Of a stretch of DNA of 64,000 nt, positions 11,251-19,327 are shown piece after piece (positions within the stretch are counted from its first letter, which is position 1; every line of letters begins with the position of its first letter). The notes beneath the pieces were generated by a model. The model made no database searches, was not told where the DNA came from, and worked only from the letters and a program-made list of their open reading frames with translations. Position numbers and translations under genes: made by a program. Source of the stretch: an uncultured Acidobacteriota bacterium (GTDB lineage: Bacteria > Acidobacteriota > Vicinamibacteria > Vicinamibacterales > CAVPJW01); the NCBI GenBank assembly GCA_963817395.1, contig CAWFOC010000008.1:26389-90388 (forward strand). Reading direction: 5' to 3'.

Positions 11251-12533
11251 ACCGGCAGGGTACCCGCGAGACCATTCGTTCGGCGCGGGCGCACGACCGA
11301 TTCGTAGAGCGCCTCGACGCGAGCGACGACGCGCGGCGCGTCGAATGCCTGCTCAACGAGCTCGCGGGCGTTACGGCCCAGACGGGCCGCCAGGTCCGGA
11401 TCAGCGGTGAGCCTGGCAATGGCGGCACCGAGCTCCTCGGGCGAGTCTGCCAGCAACCCGGTTTCCTCGTGGCGAACGATATCGCTCGTCCCGCCGGTAT
11501 TCATGGCGGCGATTGGCACGCCCAGCGCGGCGGATTCGAGGAGCACACGGCTCAGCGATTCCGGCCCATGGGAGGGAAAGACGAGCAGGGAGGCGAACTT
11601 CATCCATCCGAGCGTCTGCTCGCGCGGGAGCCAGCCTGTAAAACGCACGGTGCGGCCCGAGACGGCAGCCTCCCGTTCCAGGCGCGACCGATCGGGGCCC
11701 TCACCGACGATGACGAGCGGCCCCCTGAAGTTCGCGCTCGACAAGGCATTCCAGAGTTTCCCAACGCCCTTGTTCGGCGCCAGCTTGCCGACGTAGAGCG
11801 CATAGGGGCCGTCCATCGGACACGGAGCCTGCGCAGCCGCCGCCCGAATTGCCTCGACATCCACGGGGTTCGGGATGACATGAAGCCGCGACGTCTCGAG
11901 CCCGGGCACCCGATCGACAAGGTCGTGCGCGATGCGTGAGGCAACCGCGATGACGGCATCGGCCCGCACCAGGCTGACAGCCTTCGTCGCAAGGTTGCGA
12001 CGCATATACGGGATGAGGGGCAGCGCGAAGGGCCATGCGGCCCCGCCTCGTGGACGGATGCAACGTGTCATGCGCGCAGCGGAGCACCCCGGACAGAGGA
12101 TGCCTGCGTCGGGATCGAGCATGAGGTCGGACCAGTAGCAGACCGGCCAGTAATCGCGCACGGTGCAGACAACGGGCAGGCCCGCTGCGCGCGCGGCCGC
12201 CACGGCCGGCGGCGTTGTCAGGACGTGCTGCGCGTGAAGCAGATCGACACGCGATTGCCTCACCAGCTCGACGAGGATTCGGGTCAGTTGCGCGTAGAGC
12301 CTTTCGTTCTTGTAGTAGTTGCGCACAAACGGGACGGATGGCGCGCGAAACGCGTGCTCGCGAACCTCGAGCCCGTCGTACTCCCGTGTGAACGAGTCCC
12401 GGCCGCCCGGACGCGCCTGAAGAACGACCGGCTCGTGGCCGCGCTTCCGGAGCCCGCGGGCGAGCTCGAAGGTGCTCCAGCCGCTGCCTCCGCAGTTTGG
12501 GGGAAAGGAGTCGGTTGCGATCAGGATGCGCAC
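11247..12533 (-). CDS. GT4-family glycosyltransferase with a four-cysteine insertion
   Basis: 428-aa ORF. Motifs: MRILIATDSFPPNCGGSGWSTFELARGL, E-x7-E (ESLSRVLLESAALGVPIAA). The insert has C-x14-C-x2-C-x7-C (PVCYWSDLMLDPDAGILCPGCSAARMTRC). Confidence 0.8.
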   Translation of the reverse strand: MRILIATDSFPPNCGGSGWSTFELARGLRKRGHEPVVLQARPGGRDSFTREYDGLEVREHAFRAPSVPFVRNYYKNERLYAQLTRILVELVRQSRVDLLHAQHVLTTPPAVAAARAAGLPVVCTVRDYWPVCYWSDLMLDPDAGILCPGCSAARMTRCIRPRGGAAWPFALPLIPYMRRNLATKAVSLVRADAVIAVASRIAHDLVDRVPGLETSRLHVIPNPVDVEAIRAAAAQAPCPMDGPYALYVGKLAPNKGVGKLWNALSSANFRGPLVIVGEGPDRSRLEREAAVSGRTVRFTGWLPREQTLGWMKFASLLVFPSHGPESLSRVLLESAALGVPIAAMNTGGTSDIVRHEETGLLADSPEELGAAIARLTADPDLAARLGRNARELVEQAFDAPRVVARVEALYESVVRPRRTNGLAGTLPV

Positions 12534-12545
12534 GAATCCGGTGCC

Positions 12546-13700
12546 CTACCGCCGCCGCGCAAGGCCGGCCAGCAGGGCCTCCTCCAGGCGCGAACAGTGA
12601 TGCGTCCAGCTGAACTCGGCAACGGCTCGCGCGCGCGCCGCTTGGCCGAGCCGGGTTCGAAGCGCCGGATCGGCCAGTCGATCGAGGGCGTCAGCGAGTG
12701 CATCGCTTTCTACGGCATCGTATAGCACGGCCTCGCGATCGTCGCTGACGATCTCGGTCAAGCGGTCGATGCGGGGTGCCACGACCGGAAGTCCGCTCGC
12801 CATGTACTCGAACACTTTGAGCGGCGACCAGAAGAAGTCGAGCGACAGCGGTCCATGCGCGTGCGGCTCGAACGGCGCGACACCGATGTCGGCGGCCGCC
12901 AGCGCCGCAGGCATGGCCGCGTGCGGCACGGCGCCCGTGAAGGTCACGCCGTCGAGCCCGGCCGCTGCCGCGCGGACGCGGCCGAGTTCTGGTCCGTCAC
13001 CAATCAGCACGGCGTCCACGCCCGGCCGCTTGCGTTGGCGCAGCTTCGAGATGGCGGTCACGAGATTCAGCGCGCCATGCCAGCGACGGAACGCGCCGGC
13101 AAAGACCGCCACGATGTGACCCGGCCGCCTGGCATAGGGCACTGCTCCAACGACATCCGGCCGGAACCTGTCCGTGTCGGCGCCCCACTCGATTCGAAGA
13201 ATCCGCTCCGCGGGAACCCATCTCGGAACGATCCGCGCGCTGGGCGTGACGATGAGACCGGCAGCCCGACACTGCCAGTCGCGCCACCTGCGCATCGGCT
13301 CGACAAGAAGGGCGCGATCGACGAAGTGCTTGGGCGAGCCGGGATAGTCGATCACCGGTGCGTTCACCTCGAGCACGGCCAATGCGCCAGTCTCTACGGC
13401 GGCACGTACCCCTTCGCCGCCGAAATTGTAGTACCGCTCGATGATGGCGTCTGGCGCGAGTCGCCGTGCGAGGGCGCGCACGGCGCCGCTGCGCATCCAC
13501 CGCAGCTGGCGTCGCGCGAGCGGCGGGCGCATGTCGTGCCACACGGCGCCGTTCGATGGGAAGCCGCCCTCGCCGGGGGTGGCCAACACGTGGACCTCAT
13601 GACCGCGCGAGGCCAGGCCCCGCGCCACGGCTTCCACGTGCACGGCCCCGCCGACCGGGCCGGGAACCGTCTGATCGATCGCCGCGTAGAGAATTCTCAT
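12546..13700 (-). CDS. GT4-family glycosyltransferase
   Basis: I take the ATG at 13700 (MRILYAAIDQTVPGPVGGAVHVEAVARGLASRGHEVHVL) as the real start inside the 719-aa ORF 12546..14705. The upstream 335 aa are Arg/Ala/Pro-rich and overlap the methyltransferase gene in another frame. The start overlaps the upstream stop (ATGA). Confidence 0.8.
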   Translation of the reverse strand: MRILYAAIDQTVPGPVGGAVHVEAVARGLASRGHEVHVLATPGEGGFPSNGAVWHDMRPPLARRQLRWMRSGAVRALARRLAPDAIIERYYNFGGEGVRAAVETGALAVLEVNAPVIDYPGSPKHFVDRALLVEPMRRWRDWQCRAAGLIVTPSARIVPRWVPAERILRIEWGADTDRFRPDVVGAVPYARRPGHIVAVFAGAFRRWHGALNLVTAISKLRQRKRPGVDAVLIGDGPELGRVRAAAAGLDGVTFTGAVPHAAMPAALAAADIGVAPFEPHAHGPLSLDFFWSPLKVFEYMASGLPVVAPRIDRLTEIVSDDREAVLYDAVESDALADALDRLADPALRTRLGQAARARAVAEFSWTHHCSRLEEALLAGLARRR

Positions 13701-14737
13701 GGGCGACCCGGCGGCTCCTTCACGAGCAGCGCGAAAAATGGGCCGGAGCGGGTCGATCCGAACAGCCACAGGTCGATCTTCATCAGCCACGTCACGGCGC
13801 GCAGCGAGCGATAGACGAATCCCTGCCTCGCGACGATGCGCTTCCCGGCCGCGCGCGCCTGCCGCGCAGCGGCGTCCGGTTGCTCCCGGCTTCCGACGGC
13901 GAGCGTCGCGGCGCGTTCCGCCAAGCGGAGCAGGATGTTCTCGACGAATCCACCGACGAGCGGTGTGTAGTAGCGGATGCGGTCGATCCGGAACCCCGCG
14001 CGCCCGACGGTGTCGGTCAGATCCGGCACGTCGGCGAGGGGGTTGACGTGATCGGACTTGCGCAGTCGCTCCTGCCGGAGGTCGATGAGCCCGGCGCGTT
14101 CGAGGGCGGCCGCCGCGCGATTGATCCAGCGAAGCCCAATGGCGATGGACGCGTTCTTTCGGACATGGCTGTACACGAAGAGCCGTCCGTCGGGCTTCAG
14201 CACTCGGCTGGCCTCGGACAGCATCGGCTCGAGCGCTTCGCGTGAGAGATGCTCGAGGACGTCGAGCGCGTACGCCTTGGTGAATACTCCGTCGGCGAAG
14301 GGAAGGCGGCGCAGATCGCCAAGCACGAGATCCACGCGGTCGCGCGCCTGCTCTGCGAAATAGGGACTCACGTCGATCCCCACGCCGTACCCGCCGAGGT
14401 CGGCGTTCCACAGCAGTGCGCGTCCGCTGCCGCAGCCGAGGTCGATCACGGTGTCGTCCGGCCCGAGGTCGAGAAACTCGCGCAGCACGTCGTTGCGCAG
14501 TCCCGCCGACAGCACCGGAGGCGCGACGCTGGCCTGCCGCGCATCGGCGTGGAGCGCATCGTCCAGATACCGTGTTTGTTCGTCGAACGCGCGAAGCGGC
14601 CGCAGATCGAAGTAGCCCTGATCGGCCTGCGGATACACGGAGGCGCACGACTGGCAGCTCAATCGATTGGGACCGCGCGCCAGCGAGCCCCTGCAGGAAG
14701 GACACCGCACCAGCGTGAGCAGCCGTTCGGACGTCAT
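13697..14737 (-). CDS. class I SAM-dependent methyltransferase with an N-terminal zinc ribbon and a C-terminal hydrophobic segment
   Basis: 346 aa. Zinc-ribbon motif CPSCRGSLARGPNRLSCQSC, SAM motif I VIDLGCGSG, and a hydrophobic tail (VTWLMKIDLWLFG...FFALLV). ATGA overlaps at both ends. Confidence 0.8.
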   Translation of the reverse strand: MTSERLLTLVRCPSCRGSLARGPNRLSCQSCASVYPQADQGYFDLRPLRAFDEQTRYLDDALHADARQASVAPPVLSAGLRNDVLREFLDLGPDDTVIDLGCGSGRALLWNADLGGYGVGIDVSPYFAEQARDRVDLVLGDLRRLPFADGVFTKAYALDVLEHLSREALEPMLSEASRVLKPDGRLFVYSHVRKNASIAIGLRWINRAAAALERAGLIDLRQERLRKSDHVNPLADVPDLTDTVGRAGFRIDRIRYYTPLVGGFVENILLRLAERAATLAVGSREQPDAAARQARAAGKRIVARQGFVYRSLRAVTWLMKIDLWLFGSTRSGPFFALLVKEPPGRP

Positions 14738-15936
14738 CGCGACTGGCCCGTCACCGTGCTGGCCTGCACAGCCTCGGCCAGCACGCGCTCGAGCCGCGCC
14801 GCGCGGGCGCTCCAGGAATACGCAGACGCCGACGAGAAGGCATTGGATGCGAGCCTGGACGCGAGCTGGGGGTCGGCAAGCAGGTGTTCAATCGCCGCGG
14901 CCAGGGCGGACGCGCTGCCGGGCTCGACGAGCACGGCATCCTCGGCGCTCAACACCTCGCGAAAGGCCGGCAGATCGGAGGCCACGATTGGCTTGCCGGC
15001 CGCCATGTACTCGAAGAGCTTGAGCGGCGAGCTGTAGCTGCGCGAGATCTCGGTTTCGGGATTCGGCAGCACGAGCACGTCGGCCTCCGACAGATAGCCA
15101 GCGACGTCGGCAGGCGGGACGAACCCGGTGAACCGGACGCGCTCCGAGATCCCGAGTGTCTCAGCCTGCTGCCGGAGACGTGCGAGATCCGGCTCGCGCT
15201 CGTGGCCGCCCACGATCAGACCGCGCACCGCCGGCAGCATGCCGATGGCCAGTAACAGCAGATCCACACCTTTCCACGGATAGAGATGTCCTGCGTATCC
15301 GACGACGGGCGGCGAATGACGCACGGGAACGATGAACGCGCGCGAGGGCAGGAGCCGAACGCCGTCGGGTACGACCGTCACCCGCCGCGTGCCAAAGCGC
15401 CCTTCGAGCTCGCGCGCCAGCGTTCGCGTAATCGTCACATACCCATCGGCGTGCTTCCACACGCGGTGTTCGCGCCGTTCGAGGCGTGCCAGCTTGGTGC
15501 GGCTCGCGGGCGGCGCATTCGACAAGAGCGCAGGCAGCGCCGCGCTGACCGCAGGTGCAAAGCCGTGCGATTCGTAGACGACGGCTGGCCGAACTGCACG
15601 GGGAAGCCGCACGAGCGCGGCGGCGACGCCCAGGTCCCTGGTCAGGATCACGCCCTGCTGTCCCATCCGCACGCTCTGCAGGACGGCGGTGCTCACGTAG
15701 GCAGCGCGCCTCACCGAGGCGTGACCGGACGACGGCGCGAACTCCACGCGAAGCCGCGGCAGCGGAACGAGGCCATAGAAACTCAGCGGGTCGGTGCCGC
15801 GGTCGGAGCCGCCGTGCCTGACGCGCAGGGTCACGTCGTGGCCGCGGGACGCCAGCGCGTGGCACGTCTCCACGGTCTGGATGCCGTTGGCCCGCTCGAG
15901 TGGGAACCTGATATCGGCGAGGTAGAGAATTCGCAA
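14734..15936 (-). CDS. GT4-family glycosyltransferase
   Basis: 400 aa. Motifs: MRILYLADIRFPLERANGIQTVETCHALASRGHDV and SYSSPLKLFEYMAAGKPIVASD. Confidence 0.8.
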   Translation of the reverse strand: MRILYLADIRFPLERANGIQTVETCHALASRGHDVTLRVRHGGSDRGTDPLSFYGLVPLPRLRVEFAPSSGHASVRRAAYVSTAVLQSVRMGQQGVILTRDLGVAAALVRLPRAVRPAVVYESHGFAPAVSAALPALLSNAPPASRTKLARLERREHRVWKHADGYVTITRTLARELEGRFGTRRVTVVPDGVRLLPSRAFIVPVRHSPPVVGYAGHLYPWKGVDLLLLAIGMLPAVRGLIVGGHEREPDLARLRQQAETLGISERVRFTGFVPPADVAGYLSEADVLVLPNPETEISRSYSSPLKLFEYMAAGKPIVASDLPAFREVLSAEDAVLVEPGSASALAAAIEHLLADPQLASRLASNAFSSASAYSWSARAARLERVLAEAVQASTVTGQSR

Positions 15937-15951
15937 GCCTGAGGCCGGCCG

Positions 15952-17386
15952 TCACCGATCGCTCGCCGGCGATCGATAGAAGCTCTCGCGCGCGAACACG
16001 TATCGATAGGCGAGAGCGGGCAACTGACGGGGAATGACGACGAAGTTATTGTAGGCGATTTGGGCCGGCTCGAGACGCTGGCGATCCATGAGGCCGCTCC
16101 CGAATTGCAGCATGAGACCGACGTTCCACCAGACGCCCAGCATGACGGCCCGGCCGCTACCGCCCAGCGCATTGCACCCGGTCGCATCACCTGAAAGAGT
16201 GCGGTGAGGCCAATGACCAGGATGGGCGTGAGGGCGACGAACCGGCGCTGCCCGAACGCGCCGGCGAGCGTCCATGAACCGACGCTGCCCGTCACGTAGA
16301 TTTGACAGGCGACCATGGCCAGCAGACACCACGCCAGCGGCGCCGATCTGCCGTTCGGCCCTTCTCGATTCCGCGCGAGCAAGCACATGAGGCCCGACAG
16401 GGCCAACAAGGCCAGTGGCGTCCATATCAGGAACCCGTGTGCAGGCGACAGAAGGACGGACCACGCGTAGGGCGCGGTCCATTCCATTTTCCGCGCGACG
16501 ACATTCGAGGGGCCGACATGCCCGTTCAATGCGACATACACCAGGGCCTGCGGCAGGTATGTCACGGCGAACGCGACGGCCGCCACGAGCACGCGCGGCA
16601 CCGCCTCTCTTGCCATCGTCGTCCATCCGCGTTGGCGGCATGTGAATGGTGTGCGCCACGAAGTCGAGGGACGGTCCGATGATGAAGAAGAGATCCTGCT
16701 CGCGCACCATCGCCATCAGTCCCGCCAGCGCGCCGAGGACCGCCAGCCCCGCGAGCGACCACCGCTGGCGCACGACGAGCCACGCGAGCACGAAGGCCGA
16801 CACGGCAAAGGCCGACGACGCGTGTGACATCGGCGGTGCTACATACATGTAGAAGCACAGCGGTGTCCCAAACCAGATGGCCAGCGCCGCGGCGACGGCC
16901 GTTGGCGGAATCCGTTCTGCGGACCCGTAGACGACCCGCGCTGCGGCCACCATGGACAACACCACGGCAAGGAATCCATAGAAGGCGGATCCGTAGGCCA
17001 CTGCGGCGATGTAGGTGTGTGACAGCCCGTCGGGTGGGCCCATCCCTCCGCCGGCGATCCGGACCGCGAGATCCGCGACGGCGTAGAACGGCGCCCACAG
17101 GATGGCGGGACCAATCGTCGCGAAGTTGTAACGCAACCCGGTTTCGCTCGTGCGCTCGAGAAAGGTCTCGTGAAAGCCGGGATTGCGCGCCGTCCCGGAC
17201 TCGTAGAAGTACCGGTACTCGTTGTCGAAGGACACGTCACCATCGAACCAGAGCGATCGGCAGGAACGAGAAGAACTCGATTTCGTCGGACGCGTAGATC
17301 CGCGGAGTGACCGCAGGCAGGCTGAACACGAACAGCACGGCGAGCGCCGCAATCGGCTGCCATCTCCAGGAACGAGTCGATCCCAT
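15952..17386 (-). CDS. polytopic membrane protein, GT-C-like (ArnT/PMT-like) glycosyltransferase candidate; three frame breaks as assembled
   Basis: My own translation from the ATG at 17386 gives MGSTRSWRWQPIAALAVLFVFSLPAVTPRIYASDEIEFFSF. This continues in ORF 15952..17580 (RSLWFDGDVSFDNEYRYFY...), then ORF 15831..16616, then back to the ORF 15952 frame for the C-terminus. Breaks are at about 17250-17270, 16610-16650 and 16140-16190. There are many hydrophobic helices and an acidic first loop, as in GT-C enzymes. Confidence 0.55.
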
Positions 17387-17389
17387 CGC

Positions 17390-18160
17390 TCAGTGCTCGA
17401 CGAGCATGTAGCGGACGATTTCGAGTGTATTGAACCCGGAATGGCTGACGACGGGCGCAACCACGCTGCGCCGCACGATGTAGACGAATCCCCAGAATGC
17501 GCCGAGGACGGCCGTGGCAATGGCGGCATCCCAGCCCTGAATCGCGTGGCCGAGGCCAAACACCAGGCTGAAGACGACAAGCCCTACCCACACTCCTCCC
17601 AGATACTGCTCGAAGCGGTGCAGGATGAACGCGCGTTGGATTTCCTCGCGCACGCCGCCGGCGACGATGGCGACCAGCGCAAACAGGCCGGCTTCGGCGC
17701 CCGAGTCGATGAGCGCTTCGAGCGGGTTGCGCGGGACGTTACGCAGCCACGGAACGACGCGCGCGAGTGTCAGCATCAGCGCCATCACCAGGCCGACGAC
17801 CAGCGGAATGAGCCAGACACCGATCAGGGCTTCGGACAGCACGCGGCGGTTTCCCAGGAAGATCTGTCTGGGTCTCTCTCCCTGGAGGACGAGCAGGAGA
17901 ACGATCAGCCCTGTGAGCAGCACAGAATCGGCCAGGGCGAGACGAAACACGTACCCGCTCGACAGCTGTCCCTTGTCGTCGAGCGGCGCCCAGCCGGCCC
18001 GGCTCATCACGATCATGATGAGCAACTGGGTCGGAAAGCTGGAACACAGCACGACCTCGACGAATGCCCAGAGCCTTTCGCTGATGGTGGTTGGTCGGGG
18101 GAGGTCGGTGGTGTGGTGAGTCGGTGAATTCCGGAAGGGAATCAGCTGGGGCCACCGCAC
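17390..18160 (-). CDS. CPBP-family intramembrane glutamic endopeptidase (CAAX protease / Abi family)
   Basis: 256 aa and polytopic. Motifs: GVREEIQRAF (EExxxR), FGLGHAIQG (FxxxH), HSGFN (HxxxN). Confidence 0.8.
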   Translation of the reverse strand: MRWPQLIPFRNSPTHHTTDLPRPTTISERLWAFVEVVLCSSFPTQLLIMIVMSRAGWAPLDDKGQLSSGYVFRLALADSVLLTGLIVLLLVLQGERPRQIFLGNRRVLSEALIGVWLIPLVVGLVMALMLTLARVVPWLRNVPRNPLEALIDSGAEAGLFALVAIVAGGVREEIQRAFILHRFEQYLGGVWVGLVVFSLVFGLGHAIQGWDAAIATAVLGAFWGFVYIVRRSVVAPVVSHSGFNTLEIVRYMLVEH

Positions 18161-18258
18161 GAGACTGTATCACAGGGTCGGCAGGGCCCCGGCCGATTCG
18201 CGTTCATCTCCGTCGCGAGAACGCGCGGCGCGGATCCGACCGGGAGATCGATCGAGCG

Positions 18259-19095
18259 TCAGAGCTCGACGCGCAGTTGAAGCGGCTCGGTGAGTTGCAC
18301 CTTCACGGCGGTGCCGGCAGGCAAGTGCACATCATCACCGCGCGTCGACATCACCACCGCGGTCCCAGCGCCGGCGCCCGTGGCGCCACCGATCGCCGCA
18401 CCCCTTCCGCCGCCGATGATTCCGCCGACGATTGCGCCACCGACGGCAGGAAGCCCGATCTTCATCGCGTCTTCCTTTTTCGTGCCGCGCCCGGTGCGGT
18501 TCACCGTGGCGGTGCCGATGTCGTAGGTCTCCTCGCCGCTCCGCAGTCGATCGAACCGGAATCCGACGCTGGCACGTCCCTTCACCTTGGCCGGTCTCCG
18601 AACGCTGACGATGCTGCCACTGAGAGCGGCGCCGGCCGGAATGACCGTCGTGCCATCGATCGTGACGGCGTCGGAGACGCGTGCGCTCACGGGTCCCTCG
18701 AGGCGGCTCACATCCGAGCCCACGTCGGTTTCGAGCGTCGCGTCGATCGTCGTGCCGGCGGGGACGGTGACGTCCTTCCAGCGAGCCACCCGCAACTCTG
18801 CGGCGCGCTCGCTGGCGCTCACGGTCACCTCGCCAACCGCGGCCGCATCGGGGTTCTCGTCAATCAGCGCAATCGAGGTGACCTCGTCGCGTCTGATCAC
18901 GCGGCGGCCTTCGCCGGGCGGATCGACGACGATTTCCTGCGCGCCCACTTCGAGCAGCCGGCCGCTGACCATCGTGCCATCGCGCTCGGTGACGGTCACC
19001 GCGGAACCTGGCGGCACCGCGTCGAACCCGGTCTTGCGGCTGCAGCCAGCAGCCAGGGTCAACGCGACAGCACAGCACATGAGCTTGGTGCGCAT
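18259..19095 (-). CDS. lipoprotein with a beta-rich domain and a C-terminal glycine-zipper segment
   Basis: I chose the ATG at 19095 for its RBS (cAGGAGAtatcccATG) and lipobox (MRTKLMCCAVALTLAAGC). Glycine zipper: GLPAVGGAIVGGIIGGGRGAAIGGATGAGAG. The central pattern VPAGTTIDATLETDVGSD...VIPAGAALSGSI loosely recalls VirB10/TrbI-type beta domains; that is only a resemblance. Confidence 0.7.
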   Translation of the reverse strand: MRTKLMCCAVALTLAAGCSRKTGFDAVPPGSAVTVTERDGTMVSGRLLEVGAQEIVVDPPGEGRRVIRRDEVTSIALIDENPDAAAVGEVTVSASERAAELRVARWKDVTVPAGTTIDATLETDVGSDVSRLEGPVSARVSDAVTIDGTTVIPAGAALSGSIVSVRRPAKVKGRASVGFRFDRLRSGEETYDIGTATVNRTGRGTKKEDAMKIGLPAVGGAIVGGIIGGGRGAAIGGATGAGAGTAVVMSTRGDDVHLPAGTAVKVQLTEPLQLRVEL

Positions 19096-19120
19096 GGGAT
19101 ATCTCCTGCAGCCCCAAGCG

Positions 19121-19136
19121 AGCAAATCGCACGCCA
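19121..19136 (-). promoter_or_regulatory. sigma-54 (-24/-12) promoter candidate for the glycine-zipper lipoprotein gene
   Basis: The minus strand reads cTGGCGTGCGATTTGCT, against the consensus YTGGCACGrNNNTTGCW. GG and GC have the correct 10-nt spacing. The site lies 25 nt upstream of the ATG at 19095, next to a divergent sigma-54 activator gene. Confidence 0.6.
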
Positions 19137-19327
19137 GGCCGACCCGTTCGGCCGATTTGTCATTTCAGCCGCGTTCCGCCCCACGCGCGAAGGAACTGCA
19201 CGGGTCTCGCTGTGTAATAATTACCAGGCAGAGACCCTGACGGGTTGAATCCCTGACGAGTTGGATCAAGATCAATGGGAGCACCAGCGCGTCGGCAGAC
19301 GCGCTCGAAGCGATAGGAGATGGGAGA

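Noticed and set aside
13701-14705. N-terminal 335-aa extension of the 719-aa ORF 12546..14705
   Set aside because: It is extremely Arg-rich and overlaps the well-supported methyltransferase gene in another frame. The GT4 consensus N-terminus MRILYAAID begins at 13700, with an ATGA junction.
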